In this document: positions 27,872 to 37,112 of the stretch, one piece after another
Numbering within the stretch: the first letter of the stretch is position 1
How the letters are laid out: every line of letters starts with the position of its first letter
NCBI GenBank assembly: GCA_022616555.1
Contig: JAKEEG010000066.1
Coordinates: 1,702 to 65,701, forward strand
Length of the DNA: 64,000 nucleotides
From: Ignavibacteriota bacterium
GTDB taxonomy: Bacteria; Bacteroidota; Ignavibacteria; UBA10030
Direction: 5' to 3'
Position numbers and translations under genes: made by a program
Notes under the pieces: model-generated
The model's input: the letters and a program-made list of their open reading frames with translations, nothing else
Databases searched by the model: none
Told to the model about the DNA's origin: nothing

Positions 27872-28720
27872 ATGAAACGCATTCTTGCAGTACTCGTATT
27901 TGGTTGTTCATACTGTTGGGCTCAAATTCCAAATCCGGGGTTTGAGCAGTGGACGAGCGGAGAACCGGATGGATGGTTGACAAACAATGCTCAGGGGGTT
28001 GTTGTACCTTTTACGCAATCTTCAACAGCAAATTCGGGCACGTCGGCACTACGCGGTGAAGTGCTAGATTTTATGGGATTCACATACCCAATATTTATCC
28101 TTGCGGGTGAGGATGGGGAAGGATTTCCGGTCAGCGAGCGTCACGCGAACCTTACGGGATATTACCAATTTTCTCCCGATAGCGGCGATCAATTACTTAT
28201 CGGTGCAACGATGTTGCAGGGCGGTGTGCTACTCGGAGCGGGATACGTTGAAATTCAAGGCCTTGCCTCGAGCTACACGGCGTTCAGTTTTCCGATTGAG
28301 TATTTTGGGGAAGGGAATCCCGACACCTGTTATATCGATATTACGATCATCCCGGCAGAAGGAGACACGACTATTCACGTCGGCTCTTTCATGCTGATTG
28401 ACGACCTTGCGTTTAGCGGCATCACGTCTGTAGAGCAAATCACGCAAACGGTACCTGAGCAATTCATGCTCAACCAGAATTATCCGAACCCGTTCAACCC
28501 GAGCACCAATTTCGAATTTCGGATTGCGGAATCCGGAATGACCACGCTGAAAGTGTTCAACATGCTCGGTATTGAGGTTGCAACTCTTCTCTCGCAACAA
28601 CTTAACGCGGGGACGTACAGAGTGCCGTGGAATGCTTCCGGATTGCCGAGCGGCGCGTACATCTATCGACTTGAATCGGGTGGATTGACGCAATCAAAAA
28701 AGCTGTTATTGTTGAAGTAA
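27872..28720 (+). CDS. hypothetical secreted protein with T9SS C-terminal sorting domain
   Basis: 282 aa with a signal peptide. The C-terminus (NYPNPFNPSTNFEF...VFNMLGIEVATL...SGAYIYRL) is the T9SS type-A sorting signature. Confidence 0.65.
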   Translation: MKRILAVLVFGCSYCWAQIPNPGFEQWTSGEPDGWLTNNAQGVVVPFTQSSTANSGTSALRGEVLDFMGFTYPIFILAGEDGEGFPVSERHANLTGYYQFSPDSGDQLLIGATMLQGGVLLGAGYVEIQGLASSYTAFSFPIEYFGEGNPDTCYIDITIIPAEGDTTIHVGSFMLIDDLAFSGITSVEQITQTVPEQFMLNQNYPNPFNPSTNFEFRIAESGMTTLKVFNMLGIEVATLLSQQLNAGTYRVPWNASGLPSGAYIYRLESGGLTQSKKLLLLK

Positions 28721-28724
28721 ACCG

Positions 28725-29039
28725 ATGTCACACGTCATACTCATCATCACGGTCGCGATTGCGGCTTTGAATTTTTCTAAGCCGACAACTGTTGACAGGC
28801 AGCGAAGTGATCCGGACTCAACAGAAGCACTTGTGACGTTCGGGCAGCAAATCGCTCCATTGCTTAAGACAAACTGCTCACCATGCCATTTCGAAGGCGG
28901 GCAGGTCTATGGCCGTTACCCGTTTGACGATTATGTAACCGTCAAAAAGCTTGGTGAACAATTAAACACGCGTCTCAAAGAGAAGGGACAAAAATCACTC
29001 GTAACTGATTGGCTGAAATCCGGAGCGAGAGAGAAGTAG
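28725..29039 (+). CDS. small secreted protein with CxxCH heme-binding motif (PSCyt-like c-type cytochrome domain)
   Basis: 104 aa with an N-terminal TM/signal segment. FGQQIAPLLKTNCSPCHFEGG resembles the planctomycete-type cytochrome c domain motif (F..V.PIL...C..CHG). Confidence 0.45.
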   Translation: MSHVILIITVAIAALNFSKPTTVDRQRSDPDSTEALVTFGQQIAPLLKTNCSPCHFEGGQVYGRYPFDDYVTVKKLGEQLNTRLKEKGQKSLVTDWLKSGAREK

Positions 29040-29074
29040 CAGGGATTGCTCACATTCAACAAAGAGGACTGCCA

Positions 29075-29587
29075 ATGCTCCAGATGAGTCTCGTATTCCT
29101 CACGCTCTTCTTCGCTGGACATCTACAAACGCCCCCGACGATGTCAAAGCAAAACCGGTTGAAGCCTGTAGCATTTATGGTCGGCGGAACGTGGACGGCA
29201 AAAGGAAGTATTGAAGGATTTGGAGAGTATGTTGCTGAGCGCACCTACTGGTGGTCGCTCGATAGCAACTTTATCGAGCAGCGGCACCGTATGAGCATTG
29301 CCGGCTCGCAAATCGAAGCACACGGTGTCATCGGGTGGGATGCAGTCAGCAAGAAGATTGTCGGGTACGGGTTCGGCAACGACGGGGGCATCGCGACAAC
29401 GACAGCAACAGTAACGGCGGGAACGATTGTGTTTGAAGGGTCCCGCATGGGCGGGTACAATCCCGGCGCGTTACGCGGCACGTTCACCATCAAAAACGAA
29501 AACGAATATACTGAGAGCGTTGAAACGCAAAAAGACGGAAAGTGGATTCCCTCGTTTTCACTGCAGTGGGTACGGAACAAGAACTGA
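29075..29587 (+). CDS. hypothetical secreted protein
   Basis: The start is placed at the ATG at 29075 (MLQMSLVFLTLFFAGHLQ, a signal peptide, with an upstream AAAGAGGA RBS) rather than at the ORF-track start of 29009. I recognise no family. Confidence 0.45.
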   Translation: MLQMSLVFLTLFFAGHLQTPPTMSKQNRLKPVAFMVGGTWTAKGSIEGFGEYVAERTYWWSLDSNFIEQRHRMSIAGSQIEAHGVIGWDAVSKKIVGYGFGNDGGIATTTATVTAGTIVFEGSRMGGYNPGALRGTFTIKNENEYTESVETQKDGKWIPSFSLQWVRNKN

Positions 29588-30114
29588 TGATCCCCCAGAC
29601 CAAATGGTTCGACAGGAAGTGGGAGTTTGATTTTCCGGTTGGATATTTCCCGGCGATCCTCGAGCGGTTTCGCGGAACACCCGCCCGGATTGAAGACTTG
29701 GTAAAATCGCTTCCCGCTGAAATCTTGGCTGTCCGCATCGGCGAGGCGTGGTCGATTCAAGAACACATCGGCCATTTGCTGGACTTAAGCGACCTCGATG
29801 AGCGTCGTCTTGCGGATTATCTCGCAGGAGCGGAGAGGCTCAGCCCAGCAGACCCGCAGAATAAGAAAACCTACGAAGCGGATTACAACTCGCAGGTGCT
29901 CCAAAATATTTTGAGGGATTTCCGGAAAAGCCGCGAAGAGCTTGTGTGGAAATTCGAACGCCTTACCGAAGAACAAATCGCCCGCGTCGCTATCCATCCG
30001 CGCCTGAAGCAATCGTTGCGGCTGGTCGATTGGCTCTACTTTATGGCAGAGCACGACGACCATCACATTGCCCGGATGACCGCCAATGCAAGAATCTTGC
30101 AGAAAAGGGGATAG
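29587..30114 (+). CDS. DinB family protein (DinB_2-like)
   Basis: The start is the ATG overlapping the upstream stop (TGATG). It has the histidine motifs HIGHLLD and HDDHH. Confidence 0.6.
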   Translation: MIPQTKWFDRKWEFDFPVGYFPAILERFRGTPARIEDLVKSLPAEILAVRIGEAWSIQEHIGHLLDLSDLDERRLADYLAGAERLSPADPQNKKTYEADYNSQVLQNILRDFRKSREELVWKFERLTEEQIARVAIHPRLKQSLRLVDWLYFMAEHDDHHIARMTANARILQKRG

Positions 30115-30153
30115 AACTTGACCATCGATTAATTATTTGATAGAATTATTTTT

Positions 30154-30519
30154 ATGCCTATCTTTCGTCAGACACATATAGTTGCCATTGCTTTAGCGAT
30201 AATGCTCTCCAGCTTTGGTTTTCTCTGCAGCGATGCGGGCGTGAACTCTGTGGAAACGAAACCTGGCGAGAAAGTAGAAGTATTGTTGAAAGAGGGCAAC
30301 AGTATAACGCTTGAACCCGATAACTTCGTTCTGGAGTTTTCGAGCGTAGAACAGGATTCACGTTGCCCCGACGATGTTGTATGTGTGTGGCAAGGCGAGG
30401 CGGAGATCATGCTCACTCTGCTCATTCAACGGGGTAGAATGCGGCGGAATGTTACAATCCCTGGATTAGTGCAAACTCCTTACCGTGGAGAGGCAATTGA
30501 AATGCTTCGTATCGTCTGA
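30154..30519 (+). CDS. hypothetical lipoprotein/secreted protein
   Basis: 121 aa with a signal peptide and a Cys in a lipobox-like position (FGFLC). Confidence 0.4.
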   Translation: MPIFRQTHIVAIALAIMLSSFGFLCSDAGVNSVETKPGEKVEVLLKEGNSITLEPDNFVLEFSSVEQDSRCPDDVVCVWQGEAEIMLTLLIQRGRMRRNVTIPGLVQTPYRGEAIEMLRIV

Positions 30520-30622
30520 GACTCTTGCAGCTCGACCCGTACCCGAGCAATGAAGGCAGCACTGGATCTCCTGAGTACATCGCACGGCTTGAAGTTGAAA
30601 AGGTGCAATGATAGTTTTATCA

Positions 30623-30660
30623 CCCTCCTCCCCTAACCCCCTCGGGGAGGGGGACAATAC
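30623..30660. repeat. REP-like palindrome (CCTCCCCTAACCCCCTCGGGGAGGGGGACAATACAG)
   Basis: Same CCCCCTC/GAGGGGGACA family as the other REP copies. Confidence 0.65.
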
Positions 30661-30663
30661 AGA

Positions 30664-31224
30664 CTAAAACTTCGTTCTCGTTACACCGCCGCAGTGTTCC
30701 TTCGCGGTTTCCTGTTGTTCAACGACGTAAATATTGTCGTAACCCTCGGTAACAAGCCACGAGCTGCCCATGGAGCGGATGATGCCCATCTCCTCGAAAC
30801 ACGAGCGGGGCATGCCTGCTTTCATAAGTACATAAGGGATGATATTCGAGTGCGACACGAGCAGGACAGACTGATCAGGCTTGAATGTCGTTAAAAGCTC
30901 TGCAAGGAACGCATTGATGGCCGATGTATCTGCCAGCGCCTTCGCTGTGTTGATATCCATGTTGAGTTTCTGTGCGAGCGGAAACGCGGTGTGCAACGTG
31001 CGCGTAGTGGGACTACTATAAATTGCGGCAAATTGCATCGTCTCGAAATGCTTCGCGAGGCGGTCTGCCGTTGCGACGCCCTTCTCGCTCAACGGATGGT
31101 ACGTCCCGAGCGTCTCCTCGGGCCAGTTCGCGAGCTTCTCTGCGTGCCGAACGATGTAGAGTTTCGGTTGGGAGACGGCGAATGAAGTTATGCAGACGAA
31201 GAATGTAACAAGTCGAAAGAGCAT
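30664..31224 (-). CDS. histidine phosphatase family protein (phosphoglycerate-mutase-like)
   Basis: It has the RHAEK motif (RHG catalytic signature). The start is placed at the second ATG (31224, MLFRLVTFFVCITSFAVSQ signal peptide); the ORF track begins at 31278. Confidence 0.6.
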   Translation of the reverse strand: MLFRLVTFFVCITSFAVSQPKLYIVRHAEKLANWPEETLGTYHPLSEKGVATADRLAKHFETMQFAAIYSSPTTRTLHTAFPLAQKLNMDINTAKALADTSAINAFLAELLTTFKPDQSVLLVSHSNIIPYVLMKAGMPRSCFEEMGIIRSMGSSWLVTEGYDNIYVVEQQETAKEHCGGVTRTKF

Positions 31225-31315
31225 GGAATTGTTTCCTGTGATTTTTTGTAAGCTAACGAGAGAAGCAGGGAAAAGCAAGGGCGAAGCGGCGAATTCGTGA
31301 TTTCAACTTGCTGTC

Positions 31316-32401
31316 TTAGTCGTTGTTCATGTTAGCATTAGCTATGAAAGCTTGATAACGTGCAACGGCCCGTTGTATTGCTTTTCGCTTTTCTTTGCTG
31401 ACCGAGGGGAACAACCTTGTCGTCACAGAAATACTTTTACGGTTTAGGGTTCTCTGCCAGGTGCCGGCAGGTTGGCCATCCGCAATAATGATGTGAATAT
31501 AAGGGTCTTTGATCAGCAGGTCTTTGACCATAGAGTTTTGACCGAATAGCGCATTCCTGTTTTTGTAGCTAATTCCGTATTCGTCGTAGTCCGGGAAGAG
31601 AAATGTCGATTGGTTTGTCGTCACTCGCGGCGGCTTCGTTTGCACAAAATAATATTCATGGCCGTCAATGATTTCTTTGGTGAGATATCCGGACAGCTCG
31701 GCGATTCCTTCTTTCGCCTCTTTTACAGTGAGTCCAGACCACCAAACGTAATCATGAAGCGTAGCGGGCCCACGAGTGGTAAAGTACCGCTTGGTCAGCT
31801 CTCTCAGTGCTTCATTGCGATTGAGCAGCTTCGACGGGGGAACTCGTTTCTCAAGCAGCGCGTAGGTGAATTGCTTGTCCAGCTTTGGTCCGCTGCAGAT
31901 AACGCCTTCCAACTCGGCGTACATCAGTAAATATCCGAATCGAATGCCTGTGGTGGAAATCTTTGCTCGCTCGAGCGCTTCTCGCAGTGCAAGCCGCGTA
32001 AGCTGCGGTTCATCGCGCAATGCCTTTTCGAGTGCCGCGTTGCTGCGCGTGAAGACTTTTGTGTCTAGCTCAAGCTTGCGGTACGCGGAAGCGTTGGCAG
32101 CGTGGACGCGCGGGGACGTCAGCTTAAGCATCCAGCGAATATCTTTGGGAGCAACAAAGTGCCAGGTGGGACGCAGTAGGTGTGTACGAAGAATTGCTCC
32201 TTTGTTAAACGCACGCTTAACATCTTCGTAGGTCGCATCCGTGAGGCGCAAGCCGACCGCCCATGTTGCCATGTCAAACACCTGCGCCTGCACCGCCCCG
32301 AGCGAAGCGACAACTTGTGCAGGTGTTGTGAACGTTGTTCTTGCAATACTCTGGTTAACAAGGCGTCGGTGAAGAATTTCTGTGTCTGTCATAGTGAGCA
32401 A
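31316..32401 (-). CDS. winged-helix DNA glycosylase-like protein, YcaQ/AlkZ (DUF1006) family
   Basis: 361 aa. The N-terminal region (LHRRLVNQSIAR...AQVVASLGAVQAQVFDMATWAVGLR) matches this family. Confidence 0.7.
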   Translation of the reverse strand: MLTMTDTEILHRRLVNQSIARTTFTTPAQVVASLGAVQAQVFDMATWAVGLRLTDATYEDVKRAFNKGAILRTHLLRPTWHFVAPKDIRWMLKLTSPRVHAANASAYRKLELDTKVFTRSNAALEKALRDEPQLTRLALREALERAKISTTGIRFGYLLMYAELEGVICSGPKLDKQFTYALLEKRVPPSKLLNRNEALRELTKRYFTTRGPATLHDYVWWSGLTVKEAKEGIAELSGYLTKEIIDGHEYYFVQTKPPRVTTNQSTFLFPDYDEYGISYKNRNALFGQNSMVKDLLIKDPYIHIIIADGQPAGTWQRTLNRKSISVTTRLFPSVSKEKRKAIQRAVARYQAFIANANMNND

Positions 32402-32428
32402 ATAATAGCAAACAGAAGGCGAAAATGC

Positions 32429-33427
32429 TCACTCATAATACGCTTCAAGGTCGAATTTTTTCGTGAGGTAATGTTCCTGCCATTTGGGATTCGCGCGGTC
32501 GAGTAGCATGGCTTCCGCCGCGCCGAACGTATAGAACACCACACGCTGCCCATCGGCGAGCGGCAGCTTCGGCAGGTCGCGCAGGATTTTCGAATTGAGC
32601 GAATCGGCTATGGCAGCGAACGGCTTGTAGTCCTTGAGCGATTGCAGCTCTTTCGACGGTGTATGTTTCTCGGCGGCTAGCTTGGCAACGCGCCACTCGG
32701 TATAACGTGCAATGCCTTCCTGCCAGAGCTGAAATGAAAAATACTTGTAGTCGTCGGGCGAGAGCACATTCTTAAATGCCGTGCGCGCCTCGCGAAACGC
32801 TTTGAGCTTGGCAGGAAGTTGTTCATCGGAAGCTGAAAGCGCCTCGGAAAGGGCGACACACATCGCCGAGAATTTTTCCTGCACAATGGCTGAATCGTAC
32901 GGAAAAGGATAATTCAGCATCCACATGCCCGTCTTGTCGCCGCGGGAAAGCCCCAGCGCTTCGGTGTCAGCATAGTAATTCGGCTGCGACATCTGGAGCT
33001 GGTGGAAATGCTCGTGCAGCACTGTGACGATCCACGCGGTGGAGTTCGTGATGTTCGTTTGCTCCGGTTGCCCGACGACAATCGTTGAATACATATTGAT
33101 GGCGGGGAATGTCGCCAACAGATTCTGAGCGAACAGACGCTTGCGGTACATCAGATACGAGTTCAGGTCCTTGTCAAATCCCGCCGTGTCGAAGTTATTT
33201 GTAGCATGAGGATGATGGACGAGAAACTCATGGTCGGGCCTTACCAACAAGAGCGCGAACGGTGCTTTGCTCCACTCGTGCCAGATATCATCCTGCACAG
33301 TGCTCGCGAGGCGATAGACTTCTTCCATCCGTGTTCGGTCTTCGATGGAAAGCGACGGGTGTTTGAAGTGTGATTGTGTGAAAACAAATGAGGTAGAGCA
33401 GAAAATCAGTATGAGTGTTTTTTTCAA
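32429..33427 (-). CDS. hypothetical secreted protein with HExxH zinc-metallopeptidase motif
   Basis: It has the VLHEHFHQL motif. The alternative TTG start at 33427 gives the signal peptide MKKTLILIFCSTSFVFTQS and avoids a 34-bp overlap with the upstream gene. The ORF-track start is 33481 (TTG). Confidence 0.5.
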   Translation of the reverse strand: MKKTLILIFCSTSFVFTQSHFKHPSLSIEDRTRMEEVYRLASTVQDDIWHEWSKAPFALLLVRPDHEFLVHHPHATNNFDTAGFDKDLNSYLMYRKRLFAQNLLATFPAINMYSTIVVGQPEQTNITNSTAWIVTVLHEHFHQLQMSQPNYYADTEALGLSRGDKTGMWMLNYPFPYDSAIVQEKFSAMCVALSEALSASDEQLPAKLKAFREARTAFKNVLSPDDYKYFSFQLWQEGIARYTEWRVAKLAAEKHTPSKELQSLKDYKPFAAIADSLNSKILRDLPKLPLADGQRVVFYTFGAAEAMLLDRANPKWQEHYLTKKFDLEAYYE

Positions 33428-33447
33428 GAGAATCCTTTTATTGCAAC

Positions 33448-33873
33448 TCAGTTTTGTTGTTCGGCAAGAATGCCGCCCCAATCCTCAGGATCTACATCAG
33501 CAATAGTTTGAGAGAAGGTCCATACATAGCCGCCAATGTCTGCAACAGTGTATTGCCTTTCGCCGTAAGGGTAATCAGTTGGCGGACTTAAGATGCGCGC
33601 TCCGGATTGTTTTGCACGGTTGTAATGTGCGATAATATCTTTTACGCGCACCATCGTCGAATAGCCTGCTCCCCAGAGCGAAACTTCGCCCTGAGTGTTA
33701 GTTCGCTCAGTAATAATGAGCGAGCCACCCTCATACAACAACTGCGAGCGGTGATTTTTTATTTGCAGGCGTTCAACGAACCCGAACGCCCGGCATAGCC
33801 ACTCAACTGCTTTACCCACATCGGGGTATGAAAGCACAGGTATCACGATGCTCGGCGGCATGGATCGGTTCAT
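33448..33873 (-). CDS. VOC family protein (glyoxalase/bleomycin-resistance fold)
   Basis: 141 aa with a typical beta-alpha-beta-beta-beta pattern and the motif GYVWTFSQ. Confidence 0.65.
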   Translation of the reverse strand: MNRSMPPSIVIPVLSYPDVGKAVEWLCRAFGFVERLQIKNHRSQLLYEGGSLIITERTNTQGEVSLWGAGYSTMVRVKDIIAHYNRAKQSGARILSPPTDYPYGERQYTVADIGGYVWTFSQTIADVDPEDWGGILAEQQN

Positions 33874-33913
33874 AGGTCCTTGCAGATAATGTGTTTGATA
33901 TGTTTTAGACGCT

Positions 33914-36343
33914 CTATTGCAGTTCGCCGTTCCACGGAAATTCCATGTACTCCATCGGCAGCATCGGCATCGGCATGCCGTTGTTAAGCAGACGGAATTT
34001 CACATACTCCACGAGCGGGTCTGGTTGGGGCGCCTCCACGCCGAAGAATTTCGGAATAAATGAGCTTGTGTTGAACCATCCGGGTTCGGGCATTTCGATG
34101 ATCTCGATCTGCTCGTCGGCAGGAATTCCGGCACGATGTCTCGCCACAAAGATGGCAGTTTCCAATCCGCCCAGTCCGTCGATGAGGCCGTTGTTCAACC
34201 CATCGGTGCCGGTCCAGACGCGGCCTTGCGCGATCTTGTGTATGGCATCGGTGGACATTCCTCTTCCCTCGGCAACCTTGCCGACGAAATCCGTGTAGTG
34301 CGACTTAATCAGGTGCTCGGCTTTCGCGCGTTCTGCTTCCGTGAGATTCCTGTCCGGCAAGCCGGCGCCGATGAACGGAAGTGCGAAGCCAAAGCCTAGG
34401 TCGGCATGCTCGCCCGCCTTGACGAGGTCGGTGGAGAAGCCGAGTTTTTCTTTTAGCCCGTTGTCATATATCCAGCCGCCGATGACACCGATGGAACCTG
34501 TGATGGTATTCGGCGCGGCGATGATGGTATCGGCATACATAGACAGCCAGTAGCCGCCGGACGCCGCCACATATCCTTGCGAGACGATGACCGGCTTCTT
34601 GCCCTTGGCTTTCTTCAACGCTTCGGCGATGTAATCCGACGCCATCCCATCGCCGCCGGGAGAATCCACGCGCAGGACGATAGCGCGGACGTTAGGGCTA
34701 TTAACCGCCGCCTCGACATACTTCACAAGAGTGCGCGCTTTGATGCCTTCGTCCATAGCGCACGAACCGATGGCATAAATAAGCGCGATGGTCGGCTTGC
34801 TGCCCCAGCGGTCATCCGGTGGGAGGTTGAATTTCGCCAGCGTACCGCGTCCGGTGTAACTTTTTTCCTCGCCCTCCAGTTGTTTAATGACTTCCTTTAC
34901 TGTTTCCCAGCGGCCGAGCGTATCGACGAGGCCTTTCGCCAGCGCTTCTTGAGCAAGGTAGATAGTTTCGTTGTTCACCATGTTATCGAACTGCTCGTGC
35001 GTGAACCCCCGGGCCGCGCAGATATCGTTTCGCGCGATGCGGTAGTTCTCGTCGATGAGCGCCTGCCGCTGGAGGCGGTCTGCATCGGACATCTTGTCGC
35101 GGGAGAGGGATTCGTTCGCGGATTTGAATTCGAAGAACCGCCATTCATCGTAACCGATGCCGAGTTTTTCCAGCGTGCCTTTCACGAACGTCCTGCCCAT
35201 CACAAATCCTTCGAGTATCAGTGTCCCCTGCGAATCCATCACAATTTTATCGGCAACGGACGCGAAGTGGTATGAGTCGATGCCCAGCCGGTCGATGAAC
35301 ACGACAACATGCTTGCCGGTGGATTTGAATTCCACCAGCTCCTGGCGCAGCTCCCAGAGCATTTCACGATTGATGTTCATGCCGGAGAGGTTCATTGCGA
35401 TGCCCGACACGGCGGGGTCGGTTTTAGCGGCGTCGATGGATTCGAGCATCTCAATGAGCGTTTTCGAGTTATCGAAAAATTTAAACCGCTGGTACTTCAT
35501 GCCGCCGATCATGTTAAGCTCGAGGTATTTCTGTTTCTCACTCAGCTTGCTTAATACTGTCCGGTCGTATGCTCCGAGACGAACTCCGTACGTGCTGTAT
35601 TGGTACTTGCCGTCTTTGTCGTAATGCTCCTGCGTCGTCAGTCCCGCGTTGCCGAAGCTGAACTGCACGCCGACGGTGAACGCCTGCGTTTCGAAATACC
35701 TGCCGGTGATGCGGACGCCGGGTAGGAATTCCGTTGCGACGCCTGCGCTCCAACCGCCGTTCTTGAGCGATTGGTCGCCGCGGAGCGCGTAATCCCCGAA
35801 CAAAGCGATAGCCTCGTTGCCGAGCGGGCGGAAGGCGAGGTCCAGAGACACTTCATTCTCGCGTTCACGGAATGACGTTGTGCCCACCGCGCCGATGGAG
35901 AGATAGGCGTTCGGGCGGGAAATGACACCGAGCGAGACGTGCGTAGAGCGTTCGACGAACCGGGTTTCACCCCGCGACCAGCCGATGGAAATTCCCGTGC
36001 TGAACGCGGGCGATCCCCCCGCGAGCGATAAGCGAAAATCGTTCACGTATCCGTCCGGCAATTTTTGGTGGATAAACCCGAAACCAAGCGGGTTGAACGC
36101 GGTAAATAATCCCCAACGGTTGAAGTCGTTCCAGTCCACCCCGTTGTCAGACCATGTAAAATAGACATCCGGCTGGTGCGCGAAGCTGATGGACGCCGGG
36201 TTATCGTAACCGTACAAGCCGAGCTTCATTGCGCCGGGCGAGGTGAGCTGGAAGTCTTGATAGTACGAAGGGAAACTTGTTTGTGCGCTTGTGATGAAGC
36301 TGGTCACGAGTAACAGGGAAAGGACGGTGAGAGTGCGTTTCAT
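33914..36343 (-). CDS. sppA: signal peptide peptidase SppA (S49, tandem two-domain 67K type) with N-terminal beta-rich extension
   Basis: It contains two S49/ClpP-fold domains (HVVVFIDRLGIDSYHFASVADKIVMD... and IVLRVDSPGGDGMASDYIAEAL...). The start is placed at 36343 (MKRTLTVLSLLLVTSFITSAQ, a signal peptide, with GGAGG upstream); the ORF track begins at 36484. Confidence 0.8.
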   Translation of the reverse strand: MKRTLTVLSLLLVTSFITSAQTSFPSYYQDFQLTSPGAMKLGLYGYDNPASISFAHQPDVYFTWSDNGVDWNDFNRWGLFTAFNPLGFGFIHQKLPDGYVNDFRLSLAGGSPAFSTGISIGWSRGETRFVERSTHVSLGVISRPNAYLSIGAVGTTSFRERENEVSLDLAFRPLGNEAIALFGDYALRGDQSLKNGGWSAGVATEFLPGVRITGRYFETQAFTVGVQFSFGNAGLTTQEHYDKDGKYQYSTYGVRLGAYDRTVLSKLSEKQKYLELNMIGGMKYQRFKFFDNSKTLIEMLESIDAAKTDPAVSGIAMNLSGMNINREMLWELRQELVEFKSTGKHVVVFIDRLGIDSYHFASVADKIVMDSQGTLILEGFVMGRTFVKGTLEKLGIGYDEWRFFEFKSANESLSRDKMSDADRLQRQALIDENYRIARNDICAARGFTHEQFDNMVNNETIYLAQEALAKGLVDTLGRWETVKEVIKQLEGEEKSYTGRGTLAKFNLPPDDRWGSKPTIALIYAIGSCAMDEGIKARTLVKYVEAAVNSPNVRAIVLRVDSPGGDGMASDYIAEALKKAKGKKPVIVSQGYVAASGGYWLSMYADTIIAAPNTITGSIGVIGGWIYDNGLKEKLGFSTDLVKAGEHADLGFGFALPFIGAGLPDRNLTEAERAKAEHLIKSHYTDFVGKVAEGRGMSTDAIHKIAQGRVWTGTDGLNNGLIDGLGGLETAIFVARHRAGIPADEQIEIIEMPEPGWFNTSSFIPKFFGVEAPQPDPLVEYVKFRLLNNGMPMPMLPMEYMEFPWNGELQ

Positions 36344-36359
36344 GGTGCCTCCAGAATGG

Positions 36360-37016
36360 TCAAGTAGCATATGTACGATTGAAAAACGCGGCGAGTTTCG
36401 GCTCGTCCAACAAGCCGTTGGTGCGCACGCCGCTGCAGACGTCGATGCCATACGGCTCGACGTACTCGATAGCCTCACGCACATTTTCGGCTTTCAACCC
36501 GCCGGCGAGAAACAGCGGAATACCGGCGCCTTCGCGAATCTCGCGGCTCAAGTTCCAGTCGTGCGTTTTACCCGTGCCGCCCAATACTTTGACGGGCAGC
36601 GTGGGATTTCCTGAATCCAGCAACAGTGCATCGACATGCGGTGCGGCGGCGAGAGCTTCATCGACAGATTCGTGCCCGCGCACATGGATGACCTGCACAA
36701 GCGCGATGCCGGGCAGTTCATCCCGGAGGCGTTTGTAGGTATCAACGGAGACAGCATCGACAAGCTGGAGCGTGTTGACACGCGTGCGTCGCTGCTGCGC
36801 AATGATTGAAGCGGCGTCTTGCTTGCTCGTTAGCAGAAATGATGCGACGCCGGGTGGGATGTGCATCGCTATCTCGGTGATTGTCGCTTCGTCGATGGGA
36901 CCCGGTCCGCTCAGCATTGCAGACACCAATCCAAGCGCAGACGCGCCGTAACGGATTGCCATTTGGGCTTCGTCGGCGTTTTGGATGCAGCAGATTTTTA
37001 CGCGGGGCGTGGGCAT
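36360..37016 (-). CDS. trpF: phosphoribosylanthranilate isomerase
   Basis: 218 aa with the start MPTPRVKICCI typical of PRAI. Confidence 0.85.
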   Translation of the reverse strand: MPTPRVKICCIQNADEAQMAIRYGASALGLVSAMLSGPGPIDEATITEIAMHIPPGVASFLLTSKQDAASIIAQQRRTRVNTLQLVDAVSVDTYKRLRDELPGIALVQVIHVRGHESVDEALAAAPHVDALLLDSGNPTLPVKVLGGTGKTHDWNLSREIREGAGIPLFLAGGLKAENVREAIEYVEPYGIDVCSGVRTNGLLDEPKLAAFFNRTYAT

Positions 37017-37053
37017 GACTCAATATACGAAGAGGAAGGGGAAAAAGCTGATT

Positions 37054-37090
37054 CAAATAACAAAGCCCCGTTGTTGAAAAACAACGGGGC
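37054..37090 (-). terminator. rho-independent terminator of the OMP gene (GCCCCGTTGTT-tttca-ACAACGGGGC followed by TTTGTTATTTG on the minus strand)
   Basis: A 10-bp GC-rich stem with a downstream T-rich run on the transcribed strand. Confidence 0.7.
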
Positions 37091-37112
37091 GTGTGTAGGT
37101 AAGACGAAGGAA

